Virus record (IMG/VR): IMGVR_UViG_3300044724_001247 | Span: 1 to 61,935 of that record | Length of the DNA stretch: 61,935 nucleotides | Strand: one strand, 5' to 3' | Source: a virus | Taxonomy: Duplodnaviria; Caudoviricetes | Part shown: piece by piece, positions 37,782-46,189 of the stretch | Layout: the number at the start of each line of letters is the position of its first letter | How positions within the stretch are numbered: position 1 is the first letter of the stretch | Made by a program: the position numbers and the translations under genes | The notes under the pieces: model-generated | The model's database searches: none | Told to the model about the DNA's origin: nothing | Seen by the model: only the letters and a program-made list of their open reading frames with translations

Positions 37782-38366
37782 TCAACCAACTAGGTATTCG
37801 TAGACATCTTTCCAGCCCTTCATCAAAGGGTATTTCTCACAGTCCATGTTGTAACCGTGTTCCATGACAATAGAGTCCAGACCGAACTGGTCTCCAGCGT
37901 CTGCGTTCTCAACCTTGTCTTCGACCCAAGTATATCCCGTACCTTCGTACTGCTTCAGGACTTCGTCCTTGTCAGCACCCGTATCAAGGTAGATGAACTT
38001 CTCAAACGCAGTCTCACCGAACAACTTCTTGATGTTCATGGTTCGTAACTTCTGTGCGTTCTCGTTCTTACTCAGACTTGTGATAAGGTGAAAGACGTAT
38101 CCGTGTTCTTCGTGAAGTTTCCTCACGTATTGGATTGCGTCTCGTAGTGGTGGGATGAAACCGACTGCTGCACTCTCGTTAAACTCTCGAATCAGTCTCT
38201 TGGACTCTGGCTTGCTGAGTCCATCAAAAATTTCGTGGATACCGTATGCGTTCTTGTTGACAACCTTGTAACCTTTCTCTGTCATCCAGACATCGAATGC
38301 GTATCCCCAGTTTAGCAGTACACCATCCGCATCGGTCAAGATGACTTTGTGGTACTGATCTAGCAC
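37782..38366 (-). CDS. HAD-family 5'-nucleotidase-like protein (T4 30.2-like)
   Basis: LTDADGVLLNW, ITS, WVEDK. Confidence 0.8.
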   Translation of the reverse strand: MLDQYHKVILTDADGVLLNWGYAFDVWMTEKGYKVVNKNAYGIHEIFDGLSKPESKRLIREFNESAAVGFIPPLRDAIQYVRKLHEEHGYVFHLITSLSKNENAQKLRTMNIKKLFGETAFEKFIYLDTGADKDEVLKQYEGTGYTWVEDKVENADAGDQFGLDSIVMEHGYNMDCEKYPLMKGWKDVYEYLVG

Positions 38367-38396
38367 TTTTACTCCTTACTTCTTGATTATGTTCCT

Positions 38397-38425
38397 ATTA
38401 TAACAGTAGGAACAGGATTTGTCAA
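38397..38425 (-). promoter_or_regulatory. Sigma70-type early promoter
   Basis: TTGACA-N17-TATAAT. Confidence 0.88.
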
Positions 38426-38429
38426 GAGA

Positions 38430-39302
38430 TTATACGTACTTAAATAGATCCATTTGATGATGCCTCAACATCTCAACCTTGTTCCCACCACCAGTATAAT
38501 GAAGGAAGTTCTTGTTCCTCCACTTGTCATAGGCACTCTGTGCATTTTCGCCATAGTCCCCATGCCAGTCACGATAGTGGGTGGGGGTGTCATTCCATGT
38601 CTGATCAAGACCCAGAACCGAAAACCCGTGTTTGACCAGTTGACCAGAGATCCAAGGTTGGTCATTGTTCAGCCAGAACGGATCGTTATGTTCAATGCCG
38701 TCCAAGACATAGTCATACCAAGGATCGAACACCTCTCGTGCTTTGAGTCGTGCTTCCCTAGACCATATCAGAACCCCAGTGTTGAGTGTAGCGATACATG
38801 AAGGTCTCTGTGGGGGTTTGGTCGCCACAATGGGGATATCATGGCGAGCATACTTCTCTTCGATCAACTTGCGGGTATCATCATTGTAGTCCCACGTATT
38901 GTACCCACCTTGTTTGTCAGCGACTATGTCTGACTCATAGACACCACAGACATCATAGTCACCCGCAAGTTCAAAGATGTTCTCTTCGGTATTGGCGATG
39001 ATGTCAGTATCGACAAACAAGAGTTGATCGAACTCATCGTACATCTCGTCGTAGATGCACCTCAGACATTCAAACAACAGAACCGTGTTACCGGATTTAC
39101 CTGCTGTGTATACCTGCTTCTTAGAGTAGTGATGAGTTGCACCAATCTTTTCCGCATAGATGCGAAAGGATTCAGCTGATAAGTCTGCTGTCTTTCGATA
39201 CAATTCCACCCTGTCGCCGTTCCCAGCTTTGTATTCTGGAACCTTACCTCGCGAGGCTGTGTCCTCGTTGGTGATCATGTATTGAAAGATTATGTTCTTC
39301 AC
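38430..39302 (-). CDS. GT-A glycosyltransferase (GT8-like)
   Basis: FVDTDI, LNTGV, NDQPW, WN, FLHYTG. Confidence 0.8.
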   Translation of the reverse strand: MKNIIFQYMITNEDTASRGKVPEYKAGNGDRVELYRKTADLSAESFRIYAEKIGATHHYSKKQVYTAGKSGNTVLLFECLRCIYDEMYDEFDQLLFVDTDIIANTEENIFELAGDYDVCGVYESDIVADKQGGYNTWDYNDDTRKLIEEKYARHDIPIVATKPPQRPSCIATLNTGVLIWSREARLKAREVFDPWYDYVLDGIEHNDPFWLNNDQPWISGQLVKHGFSVLGLDQTWNDTPTHYRDWHGDYGENAQSAYDKWRNKNFLHYTGGGNKVEMLRHHQMDLFKYV

Positions 39303-39763
39303 TCAGGTAACCCTGTAGTGTACTGAGTTTTACCATCAACCCTAGATGCGGTTAGACATTGGTTTCGATTGTCCTCACCTGACCAACTCACATGAATCCA
39401 ACCAGATGTTGGATCGCCCGGAACATAGAACTCTGAGATCAACTGATCGAACTCTAGATTGTCCCTGATCCACTTGGCCACCGTAAGATTGTCTGTACCG
39501 GAACACTCGAAATCAACCGCCTGGCCCTTGGAGTGTTGTGACCTTGACGATCCTCCGATTGCCTCATTGAGTGCGGGAGAACGATATCCCGATGTGATAC
39601 GGGTGACTCCAAAGTGTTCCCTTACGGGTTGTACCACGTATGTGAATAATTCCTTAGCGTTTGCCAGATGTTCTAGGTTTGGACTATTGTCGATCCCCAG
39701 ACGGGTTGCTGTCTGGGACTTGGTGTACTCTTGTAACGTAAAGTTTTGGCTTAGTCTTGTCAT
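39299..39763 (-). CDS. Peptidase M15A (candidate endolysin)
   Basis: ITSGYRS, SQHSKGQAVD, WIHVS. Confidence 0.9.
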   Translation of the reverse strand: MTRLSQNFTLQEYTKSQTATRLGIDNSPNLEHLANAKELFTYVVQPVREHFGVTRITSGYRSPALNEAIGGSSRSQHSKGQAVDFECSGTDNLTVAKWIRDNLEFDQLISEFYVPGDPTSGWIHVSWSGEDNRNQCLTASRVDGKTQYTTGLPE

Positions 39764-40449
39764 GGGATTTGTCCTCTTTCTACAATCTCTTTAGTCATTA
39801 TATAGTCTCGGACAAAATCGGATCTCACGATGTCCGGCCAGCCAAATTCCACAGTGGTGAAGTTATTCATCATCTCTATGATATTCATGAAGTCTAGAAT
39901 ACCCTTCTTGTCCGATTCTTTTATCAAGTCGGACTGGTAGTAATCGCCACTGAAGATGATACGACTGTTGCGTCCTACTCGTGTAATTATAGAGTCCAAC
40001 TCGTGATATGTAAGGTTCTGCATTTCATCAACCAAGATGATACACTCATCCAGAGTAACGCCTCGTATGAATGAGGTGGACATAAAGTTGATGACGCCTT
40101 GTTTCTCTAGCACATCATATGCACCAGTCTCATTGAACAGTTCAGTTGCGGCCGCACGATACGGTGCGGTATATGCATCAACCTTCTCTTCGATAGAGCC
40201 AGGCAGGTATCCCATCTCTCTGGTGGGAACTACGCTCCTTACGATAATAAGTTTCTCTTGTGGATAGGACTTATCCAGCACATCCTGTAACGCCAGATAC
40301 ATCCCCACAAAAGTCTTGCCTGTACCCGCAGATCCACAAAGAACAAGGTGATCACCTTCGTCCCAAGCATCGTATGCAGTTCTTTGATTTTCGGTTATGG
40401 GGTCGTATGTCAGGAGATGATCGATACGAAGTCGTTTCATTTGACTCAT
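39760..40449 (-). CDS. phoH: PhoH-family ATPase
   Basis: GSAGTGKT, GYLPG, FIRGVT, VDEMQN, SGDYYQSD, DIVRS. Confidence 0.95.
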   Translation of the reverse strand: MSQMKRLRIDHLLTYDPITENQRTAYDAWDEGDHLVLCGSAGTGKTFVGMYLALQDVLDKSYPQEKLIIVRSVVPTREMGYLPGSIEEKVDAYTAPYRAAATELFNETGAYDVLEKQGVINFMSTSFIRGVTLDECIILVDEMQNLTYHELDSIITRVGRNSRIIFSGDYYQSDLIKESDKKGILDFMNIIEMMNNFTTVEFGWPDIVRSDFVRDYIMTKEIVERGQIP

Positions 40450-40682
40450 GTTTTGATGTTGTTTCCTCGACCAGAGTGTTTTTTGATGTTGCCCATCAGG
40501 TTCTTCCAGTCACCCGATGTCTTGTTGATCACGTTACCCGTGTGGGTAACAAGTGCGGGTGCACCGATACGTTGTTGCCAGTCAGGCCCCAACTCATCTA
40601 GACGCTTTTGTAGACGGGAGTAGGAACACATACATTCCTCCATCTCACCAGTCTCTTTGTTTACAATTGTGTAAAAGGGCAT
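40446..40682 (-). CDS. FmdB-like small protein
   Basis: MPFYTIVNKETGE; typical position upstream of phoH in T4-like phages. Confidence 0.65.
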   Translation of the reverse strand: MPFYTIVNKETGEMEECMCSYSRLQKRLDELGPDWQQRIGAPALVTHTGNVINKTSGDWKNLMGNIKKHSGRGNNIKT

Positions 40683-40706
40683 ATTTTCATTCTCCAAAAA
40701 TGACGA

Positions 40707-40725
40707 GGGGGCGATGAACGCCCCC
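40707..40725. terminator. GC-rich hairpin, possible terminator or processing site
   Basis: GGGGGCG-ATGAA-CGCCCCC; U-tract offset on the minus strand. Confidence 0.45.
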
Positions 40726-40749
40726 ACGAGATATAATCACCTACCTTAT

Positions 40750-40917
40750 CTATACTAGACTTAGTTCTTCGTAATCGGCAATAGTTTGATTAATGAACGC
40801 CTTTTTTACCGTTAATTTATGAGCAAGATTGTCTCGACCCTTTTTCTTGAGACGGTGAATATAGTTATCAAGTTCACGGCTATCGTTCTTTAATCGCTCT
40901 ATTTGGTTTCTTGGCAT
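40750..40917 (-). CDS. Hypothetical 55-aa protein (not in the ORF track)
   Basis: MPRNQIERLKNDSRELDNYIHRLKKKG...; AGGAG SD. Confidence 0.7.
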   Translation of the reverse strand: MPRNQIERLKNDSRELDNYIHRLKKKGRDNLAHKLTVKKAFINQTIADYEELSLV

Positions 40918-40955
40918 AAATGCGCTCCTGTTATTGTTGAAATAACATAACGAAG

Positions 40956-41381
40956 TTAAGATAGTAGGTTTGGAAATGCCTCCTCTACAATCTTTTTGGT
41001 CAAGCCTTTGACTGGAGGTTTCTTATCCTTCATTGCGAGCACGATCAGTGCGTCCTCCGCATGGATACTCTCCAATAACTGAATGAATCGGGTTTCGCTT
41101 CTCAGCTTACCCAATCGTTTGTTTCGATTAGTGCCCTCGACAAAATCACCGAACTCACGGTGACGAATCAACAAGGTACTGGGCACAGACTCCGGTCTAT
41201 TAGGGGTGTAAGGTGGTTGGCCTTCAGGTAGGGCAAATTGGAGACGTTCATCAAAACAACCTCGGACTACGTCTTTCACCGCTGGAACCGTATTACCTTG
41301 TTTTTGTAGAAAGGCAATCTTGTCTTTTCGGTTACTCAATTTCTGGAAATCTTCAAAGATTTCAAAAACCTGTTTTTGCAT
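40956..41381 (-). CDS. Conserved T4-like hypothetical protein
   Basis: LPEGQPPY..RETRF-like FIQLLESIH..EEAFPNLL; GAGGA SD; TATACATA at 41400-41407. Confidence 0.78.
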   Translation of the reverse strand: MQKQVFEIFEDFQKLSNRKDKIAFLQKQGNTVPAVKDVVRGCFDERLQFALPEGQPPYTPNRPESVPSTLLIRHREFGDFVEGTNRNKRLGKLRSETRFIQLLESIHAEDALIVLAMKDKKPPVKGLTKKIVEEAFPNLLS

Positions 41382-41420
41382 AAGTTCCTCTTATGTTATT
41401 ATGTATACGTGAAAGGATTT

Positions 41421-41603
41421 CTAAATGCGATAATATTTACAAAATTCTTCTAACATTGCTTCATATTCCGCAACGAGAAAAGTCGCAGTAGCGACTCCTT
41501 CAGCATCCTTTTCTAGTTCAGCTTCCTCAAGTTTTCCCTTTGCGACTTTGATGTATTCCTCAATCGCACCTTTCTTCTTGAGAATTTCTTCCTCGCTAAT
41601 CAT
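41421..41603 (-). CDS. Hypothetical helical protein
   Basis: ORF; likely start MISEEE. Confidence 0.6.
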   Translation of the reverse strand: MISEEEILKKKGAIEEYIKVAKGKLEEAELEKDAEGVATATFLVAEYEAMLEEFCKYYRI

Positions 41604-41610
41604 TATGTAG

Positions 41611-41781
41611 TCATTCCTTACGAGCCATCCATGCCTTAACGACAGCACGAGCTTTGTTTTTTTCCAGACCGAACTCTTCGGTCAAATAACGAGGGGCACT
41701 AAACATATTAATTTTACCCGACTCACGCAGAGCATCCAAAATGCCGAAGAAGAACTCATCCATGCTTATTTCTTTTGTCAT
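41611..41781 (-). CDS. Hypothetical 56-aa protein (not in the ORF track)
   Basis: LDALRESGKINMFSAPRYL motif; TGATG coupling. Confidence 0.7.
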   Translation of the reverse strand: MTKEISMDEFFFGILDALRESGKINMFSAPRYLTEEFGLEKNKARAVVKAWMARKE

Positions 41782-41870
41782 CAAATTATCCCATTAATGT
41801 AAAGTATTGACAGCGGGGCTAGTATCCACAACCCCGCGATTAACCATTCCAATCGACCCCACTCTCTCAT
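41781..41870 (-). CDS. 29-aa membrane peptide (not in the ORF track)
   Basis: MREWGRLEWLIAGLWILAPLSILYINGII; ATGA and TGATG overlaps with both neighbours. Confidence 0.6.
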   Translation of the reverse strand: MREWGRLEWLIAGLWILAPLSILYINGII

Positions 41871-42253
41871 GCGTACACCTTTATGTAAGTGTAGTGACTT
41901 CTGTGGAAGTAGTCGGTCATCATGTCATCTTCACAGAAGTACTTGGGGCCTTTCATGGCCGCGACCAACTCCTCGAAGAACGTGGCATACTTGCCGTAAC
42001 GCTCAGTCCAATATTCGTTGACATCCAACCCCCATCGAGCGGCATCTTCCTTGATCTCTTTAGCACGACCAGCACGGGTTTCCTCACCCACAGTCTTGAC
42101 GTACTCTTCAACGATCTCAGTACCACCCTTGATCTTCACGACCAAACCGCTGTGGTGTTGAACACCGATAGTACCTTTGAACCCGTACTTCTTCAACACT
42201 GCTTTGATCGCAGGAGCAAGTTCTTTCTTCATTTCTTGACTAACGTAGGCCAT
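41867..42253 (-). CDS. Conserved hypothetical early protein
   Basis: MAYVSQEMKKELAPAIKAVLKKYG..DMMTDYFH. Confidence 0.8.
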   Translation of the reverse strand: MAYVSQEMKKELAPAIKAVLKKYGFKGTIGVQHHSGLVVKIKGGTEIVEEYVKTVGEETRAGRAKEIKEDAARWGLDVNEYWTERYGKYATFFEELVAAMKGPKYFCEDDMMTDYFHRSHYTYIKVYA

Positions 42254-42260
42254 TTCTCAG

Positions 42261-42336
42261 TTCCTTTCTCATTCTCAATACAAGTATTATAGACCATGCG
42301 GCAGGGTTTGTCAACCCTTTTTTTCACTTTTTTTCA
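42261..42336 (-). promoter_or_regulatory. Early promoter-leader cassette, copy 3
   Basis: A-tract, then TTGACA(42309-14)-N17-TATAAT(42286-91)-ACTTGTATTGAGAATGAGAAAGGAA. Confidence 0.92.
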
Positions 42337-42574
42337 TTTCAAAACAAGTGAGGACACGCTCACGGTCTATGCTATCACCGTCACCCCACTCCCACTTAGC
42401 ATACTTTTTAGAGCAGATCTTCAGGTAGTCCTGAATGGCTATCTCACAGGCAGCAACATTGAACCCTTCTTCGGGGTACAAACCGTCATACCCATAGAAC
42501 GACAGGATATAGTTGCGGAACTCAACAAGGGCAGGGTTGTTGCGAAGGGCAACGAAGTTGGTGATTTGTGACAT
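42311..42574 (-). CDS. Hypothetical early protein
   Basis: Start MSQITN after a cassette; FYGYDGLY..GDSIDRERV. Confidence 0.75.
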   Translation of the reverse strand: MSQITNFVALRNNPALVEFRNYILSFYGYDGLYPEEGFNVAACEIAIQDYLKICSKKYAKWEWGDGDSIDRERVLTCFEMKKSEKKG

Positions 42575-42579
42575 AAGAT

Positions 42580-42654
42580 TTCCTTTCTCAGTTTCAATAC
42601 AAGTATTATACACCCTGTATCAGAGATTGTCAAGGGCTTTTTTCACTTTTTTTA
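42580..42654 (-). promoter_or_regulatory. Early promoter-leader cassette, copy 4
   Basis: A-tract, then TTGACA(42628-33)-N17-TATAAT(42605-10)-ACTTGTATTGAAACTGAGAAAGGAA. Confidence 0.92.
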
Positions 42655-43611
42655 GCCTATACCTTTCTGGTCTGCATCAAAGAACCGTGTACCAAAGAAC
42701 TTGAAGTTCAGTTCTTCTTCCCAATCATAGTGCTTTCCGTAATGAGACTTATTCTCATGTGGACAGACCCATAGGGGTTCGATAAAACATTGACCCCATT
42801 CCAACATGCATTCCGCGATCATCTCCATGGTATCATCTTCCAGTGCATAGATGGATTGTTGCTTCATCAGTCTGGGTAGATATCGTTTCACGGATAATCG
42901 TGAGATGTGTTCACCGAACAATGATGGAGATGCAAGACGCAGAGAGTTCACAGCTTTGGCACTCATCAGTGCGGGTAGGATGTTCCGCTCAAATGCATTT
43001 TGGTGATGATACGATAGTCCGTATCCGGTCACTCTATCACTGTAGTAACACTCAAAAGTCTGTGCACTGGTAAGGCACTGCTCGTGGGTTATCTGCATAC
43101 CATCAAATGGATTCTCTTCTCGTTTCCAGAACTTGTCACTACGGACGAATGCACAGTCATCTGGATTGACCGACCACGGTTGTATGTCACCCACATCTGT
43201 CGGGAGATCGCCTGCATCCATGATATTACGGATGGTTGTAGATCCATCCATGTAGATCTTGTATGCTGGGTTGTGTTCAAAATACTTATCATGAAACCTC
43301 CTTGAAGCCTCATCAAAGTCTTCTATCCTATTTACAGGCAACTTGTCAAGATCCTTTTCGTCAAAGGTTTCCTCAACTCCAGCCCACAGTGTATCAGGAA
43401 TGACCCACAATGGCAACCCTAGTTCCAGACACGCAAACATTGCAGCTAGTTGAGAAGCACCATTCCGAGGCATAATAATGGTAGTGACCTCACCTTTCCT
43501 CACGCCGTTTTGTATCAACAGATGCTTGAACTGATTGATGATCTCACAGAACTCAGTCTTAGTCAATTCATCTATAAGGATGTTGTCTTTTATAACGTCA
43601 CGAGTTATCAT
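42652..43611 (-). CDS. Degenerate AMP-binding (ANL)-like protein
   Basis: GVRKGEVTTI..AMFACLELG N-terminus like the 44415 gene; P-loop motif absent. Confidence 0.55.
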   Translation of the reverse strand: MITRDVIKDNILIDELTKTEFCEIINQFKHLLIQNGVRKGEVTTIIMPRNGASQLAAMFACLELGLPLWVIPDTLWAGVEETFDEKDLDKLPVNRIEDFDEASRRFHDKYFEHNPAYKIYMDGSTTIRNIMDAGDLPTDVGDIQPWSVNPDDCAFVRSDKFWKREENPFDGMQITHEQCLTSAQTFECYYSDRVTGYGLSYHHQNAFERNILPALMSAKAVNSLRLASPSLFGEHISRLSVKRYLPRLMKQQSIYALEDDTMEMIAECMLEWGQCFIEPLWVCPHENKSHYGKHYDWEEELNFKFFGTRFFDADQKGIG

Positions 43612-44437
43612 CTTGTTTTATATTCTGGTTGATGAAAAAAAGATACTCCGAAAATTCAGTGTGAGCTTTCGCATCTGGATGACCGCCTGGATGCCAAGGT
43701 CTGTCTTGCTGAAATTCTTTTAGCGTCATATCATATTCACCAAGACCGATCTTACACTCTGGTCGAAGCAACTGAATACTATCATTTATCCAAGCACGCC
43801 AACCTTGCACCTGTTGACTTGTATTGGCGTTCTTGATCTTGGTGTTTAGTTTTAACCACTCTGTTCTTATGTGAGAGTGAAACACCCCCTGCATGACTCT
43901 GATTCCCATACCGTCACAAATGGACTGCATAGCAACCATCTTTGATAGGGTGTGTGTAAGGCCCGTACCAAAAGAGGATCTTAACGCAGTAATTGTTCTC
44001 GGTCTGCGTTTGAAGGTGTTGTGATAGTTGTAGATGGCATCGTTGCAGTGAATCCTAGTCAGATCTGGGGACATGGACATTTCAACATCATTGTTTCGAC
44101 GTTCATGCCATTGAGTCATTGAAATGTGCGGGAAGACCTCCATATCATTCACATCATAGTCAGGTACCTCAAGCAAAGTTTCCTTTCGTATGGGATCAGA
44201 CCATAAGATCATGACATCTGTGACATCACGCTCCTTTGCATGTTTTACCAAATAGTCTACGGTATCACGGAATATCTTATCGTTACCGCTGCCGCAGTTT
44301 GCAATATTATCCTCTACCGTATCTAATTTTCTAGCGAGTTTATATGCCCACGTAAGAGGCCAGTGAGTCATGGGATTTTCGTAACATCCCTCCAACTCAT
44401 CTCCCATGGTGAAACTACACCCGTTTACTAATAACAC
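43598..44437 (-). CDS. SGNH/GDSL hydrolase-like protein
   Basis: NGCSFTMG, NIANCGSGN, C-terminal GHPDAKAH. Confidence 0.78.
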   Translation of the reverse strand: MLLVNGCSFTMGDELEGCYENPMTHWPLTWAYKLARKLDTVEDNIANCGSGNDKIFRDTVDYLVKHAKERDVTDVMILWSDPIRKETLLEVPDYDVNDMEVFPHISMTQWHERRNNDVEMSMSPDLTRIHCNDAIYNYHNTFKRRPRTITALRSSFGTGLTHTLSKMVAMQSICDGMGIRVMQGVFHSHIRTEWLKLNTKIKNANTSQQVQGWRAWINDSIQLLRPECKIGLGEYDMTLKEFQQDRPWHPGGHPDAKAHTEFSEYLFFINQNIKQDDNS

Positions 44438-45659
44438 TTAAATGTCCCCTTAACTGCTCGTAATTGATCTTTGTGTCCTGAAAGAACGGAGTCATATCAA
44501 AACCATCCGGTATATCTATCGGAATCTCTCTTTGCCTATTTAGTATGTATTGTCCATCTACAAATGAGATATCGTCATCTATGTAACGAGGTTTGTCCCA
44601 CCACTCGTGATCCACCCATAGATAGGATCTCCTAGTTTCAGCACTATTTTTTATACTGACCTTATAAAAGTTATCCGGTAACACACCAAGACTATTGGGA
44701 AGTATTTTACTATTAGCATTCACATAGTTTATGAACAAAGGAATGGCGGTGTCAATACTGCCGTAGTGTGACTGAAATGCCACGTTATATTTCTTTGCTA
44801 GTTCAACAAACTCCTCGTCCATCAAGAACCCTGACATATTGATGTTCAGTGTTTTTCGGAAAGGCCCAGAGAATGAGTCGAGGAAGTCGTATAGTGTACT
44901 CTTGTTTGGTATCATAATATGACTAGCACCCAACTCATATATCCCGTGTAACCCTCTTAGATAGGATATTGATTCGTCATTGGAATTGTCGTGACCAATT
45001 GAAAAGGTGTGGTGGTTGTGATTTGAAGATTGACGAACACTCGTTACCATAAGACTGGGTAGTAGTGAGGTGAGCATGGCAGAGGCGTGATGTAGATTCC
45101 TAGAGTGAATCACTCGTGAGTGTCGAGTGAATCCAAATACCTTTATATTTCTTTTCGCAATACCAACAACCTCTTTGTGAGAGAATGTGACTGGACTAGA
45201 TGGGCCTGTTGTTCCTGATGTGGAACTGACTAGAAAAGGATCGTCTTCGTATACGGGTGCTGCTTGAAAGAACTTGTGTTGCGTAGGAGACTCAGCATCG
45301 ATACCGACTCCACCGTATCGCCTCATCATCTCGTCGTGTAGACCGTTATAGATTTTGGTGGTGTCTTCGGCAGAACTGTAAATATAGTAATCGGATGGGC
45401 CGTGGAGTGCAAGTTTAGTAAAAGGCAGAGACTCCTTGGTAGCGGGACTGTCTAGAATGAATACTCTCAGTCCCATCTCAGCACATGCGAGTATTGCACC
45501 AACATGTTTGACGTTGACTCCCATGATCGATATCGTAACAAGGTCACCCTTCTTCGCACCCGCATCAAATAGTCGCCACTTCATCTGGTTTATGTGAGTG
45601 TCGATATCCTCACCGGCAAATATTTCACATATGATATTACGATCTAATATGTTTGGCAT
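44415..45659 (-). CDS. AMP-binding (ANL adenylation) enzyme-like protein
   Basis: SSTSGTTG P-loop, LHH, SHYGSID. Confidence 0.72.
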   Translation of the reverse strand: MPNILDRNIICEIFAGEDIDTHINQMKWRLFDAGAKKGDLVTISIMGVNVKHVGAILACAEMGLRVFILDSPATKESLPFTKLALHGPSDYYIYSSAEDTTKIYNGLHDEMMRRYGGVGIDAESPTQHKFFQAAPVYEDDPFLVSSTSGTTGPSSPVTFSHKEVVGIAKRNIKVFGFTRHSRVIHSRNLHHASAMLTSLLPSLMVTSVRQSSNHNHHTFSIGHDNSNDESISYLRGLHGIYELGASHIMIPNKSTLYDFLDSFSGPFRKTLNINMSGFLMDEEFVELAKKYNVAFQSHYGSIDTAIPLFINYVNANSKILPNSLGVLPDNFYKVSIKNSAETRRSYLWVDHEWWDKPRYIDDDISFVDGQYILNRQREIPIDIPDGFDMTPFFQDTKINYEQLRGHLSVISKRV

Positions 45660-46041
45660 GAATCTTACATCCTATGAACTCATTGTAGTATTCATCACTC
45701 AACAGAACATCGTATTGGAACTGTAGTTTTGCTTCGTAATAGGAACACTCACCTTTGGTATGACACAACCGGAGAACCTCTCTATGGAACTCCTGACCTC
45801 CTTCTACGAGGGTTTTTACCTGTTCTGAGGAACCATAGTAGTCACGCCAGTCCGACTGGACTCGTGTTCGTTTGCGTCTTTTTCTTGTTTTCGTAACAGG
45901 GAGTATCTTGGGTTTCCAGAAGAATTTCTTACCAATATACTTTTTATTAGTGCTTAACTCAGTCAAGCAGTAGACAAAGCCTTGGTATTGCTCCAAGACT
46001 TCGTCTTCTGGTTCAAACTCCTTACCTTCATATATCCACAT
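45637..46041 (-). CDS. GIY-YIG endonuclease (T4 EndoII-like family)
   Basis: GFVY..KYIGKK..SDWRDYYGSS..YYNE; likely start MWIYEG. Confidence 0.8.
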   Translation of the reverse strand: MWIYEGKEFEPEDEVLEQYQGFVYCLTELSTNKKYIGKKFFWKPKILPVTKTRKRRKRTRVQSDWRDYYGSSEQVKTLVEGGQEFHREVLRLCHTKGECSYYEAKLQFQYDVLLSDEYYNEFIGCKIHAKHIRS

Positions 46042-46054
46042 AAAGGTATATATG

Positions 46055-46189
46055 CTAGTCTTGTATGGAGACTCCACACATAGGACAGTATTGGGGTTCC
46101 TCCTCACTGTCCTTGACTATCACTTCAACTTCACTTTCACATAAATTACATTCTAGTATGAAGATGGGGAGTTCGTCATCATCTATCAT
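46055..46189 (-). CDS. Small zinc-ribbon protein (44 aa, not in the ORF track)
   Basis: CNLC...CPMCG; ATGA overlap with nrdB. Confidence 0.72.
   Translation of the reverse strand: MIDDDELPIFILECNLCESEVEVIVKDSEEEPQYCPMCGVSIQD

Noticed and set aside
41813-41837. GCGGGG...CCCCGC hairpin as an ncRNA or terminator
   Set aside because: It lies inside the coupled 29-aa ORF and has no U-tract
16554-42654. Dispersed repeats as mobile-element ends or att sites
   Set aside because: Each copy is a promoter plus RBS; no transposase, integrase or target duplication is seen
45637-46041. GIY-YIG gene next to nrdB as a homing endonuclease or intron
   Set aside because: Short EndoII-like protein without DNA-binding extensions; nrdA and nrdB are uninterrupted
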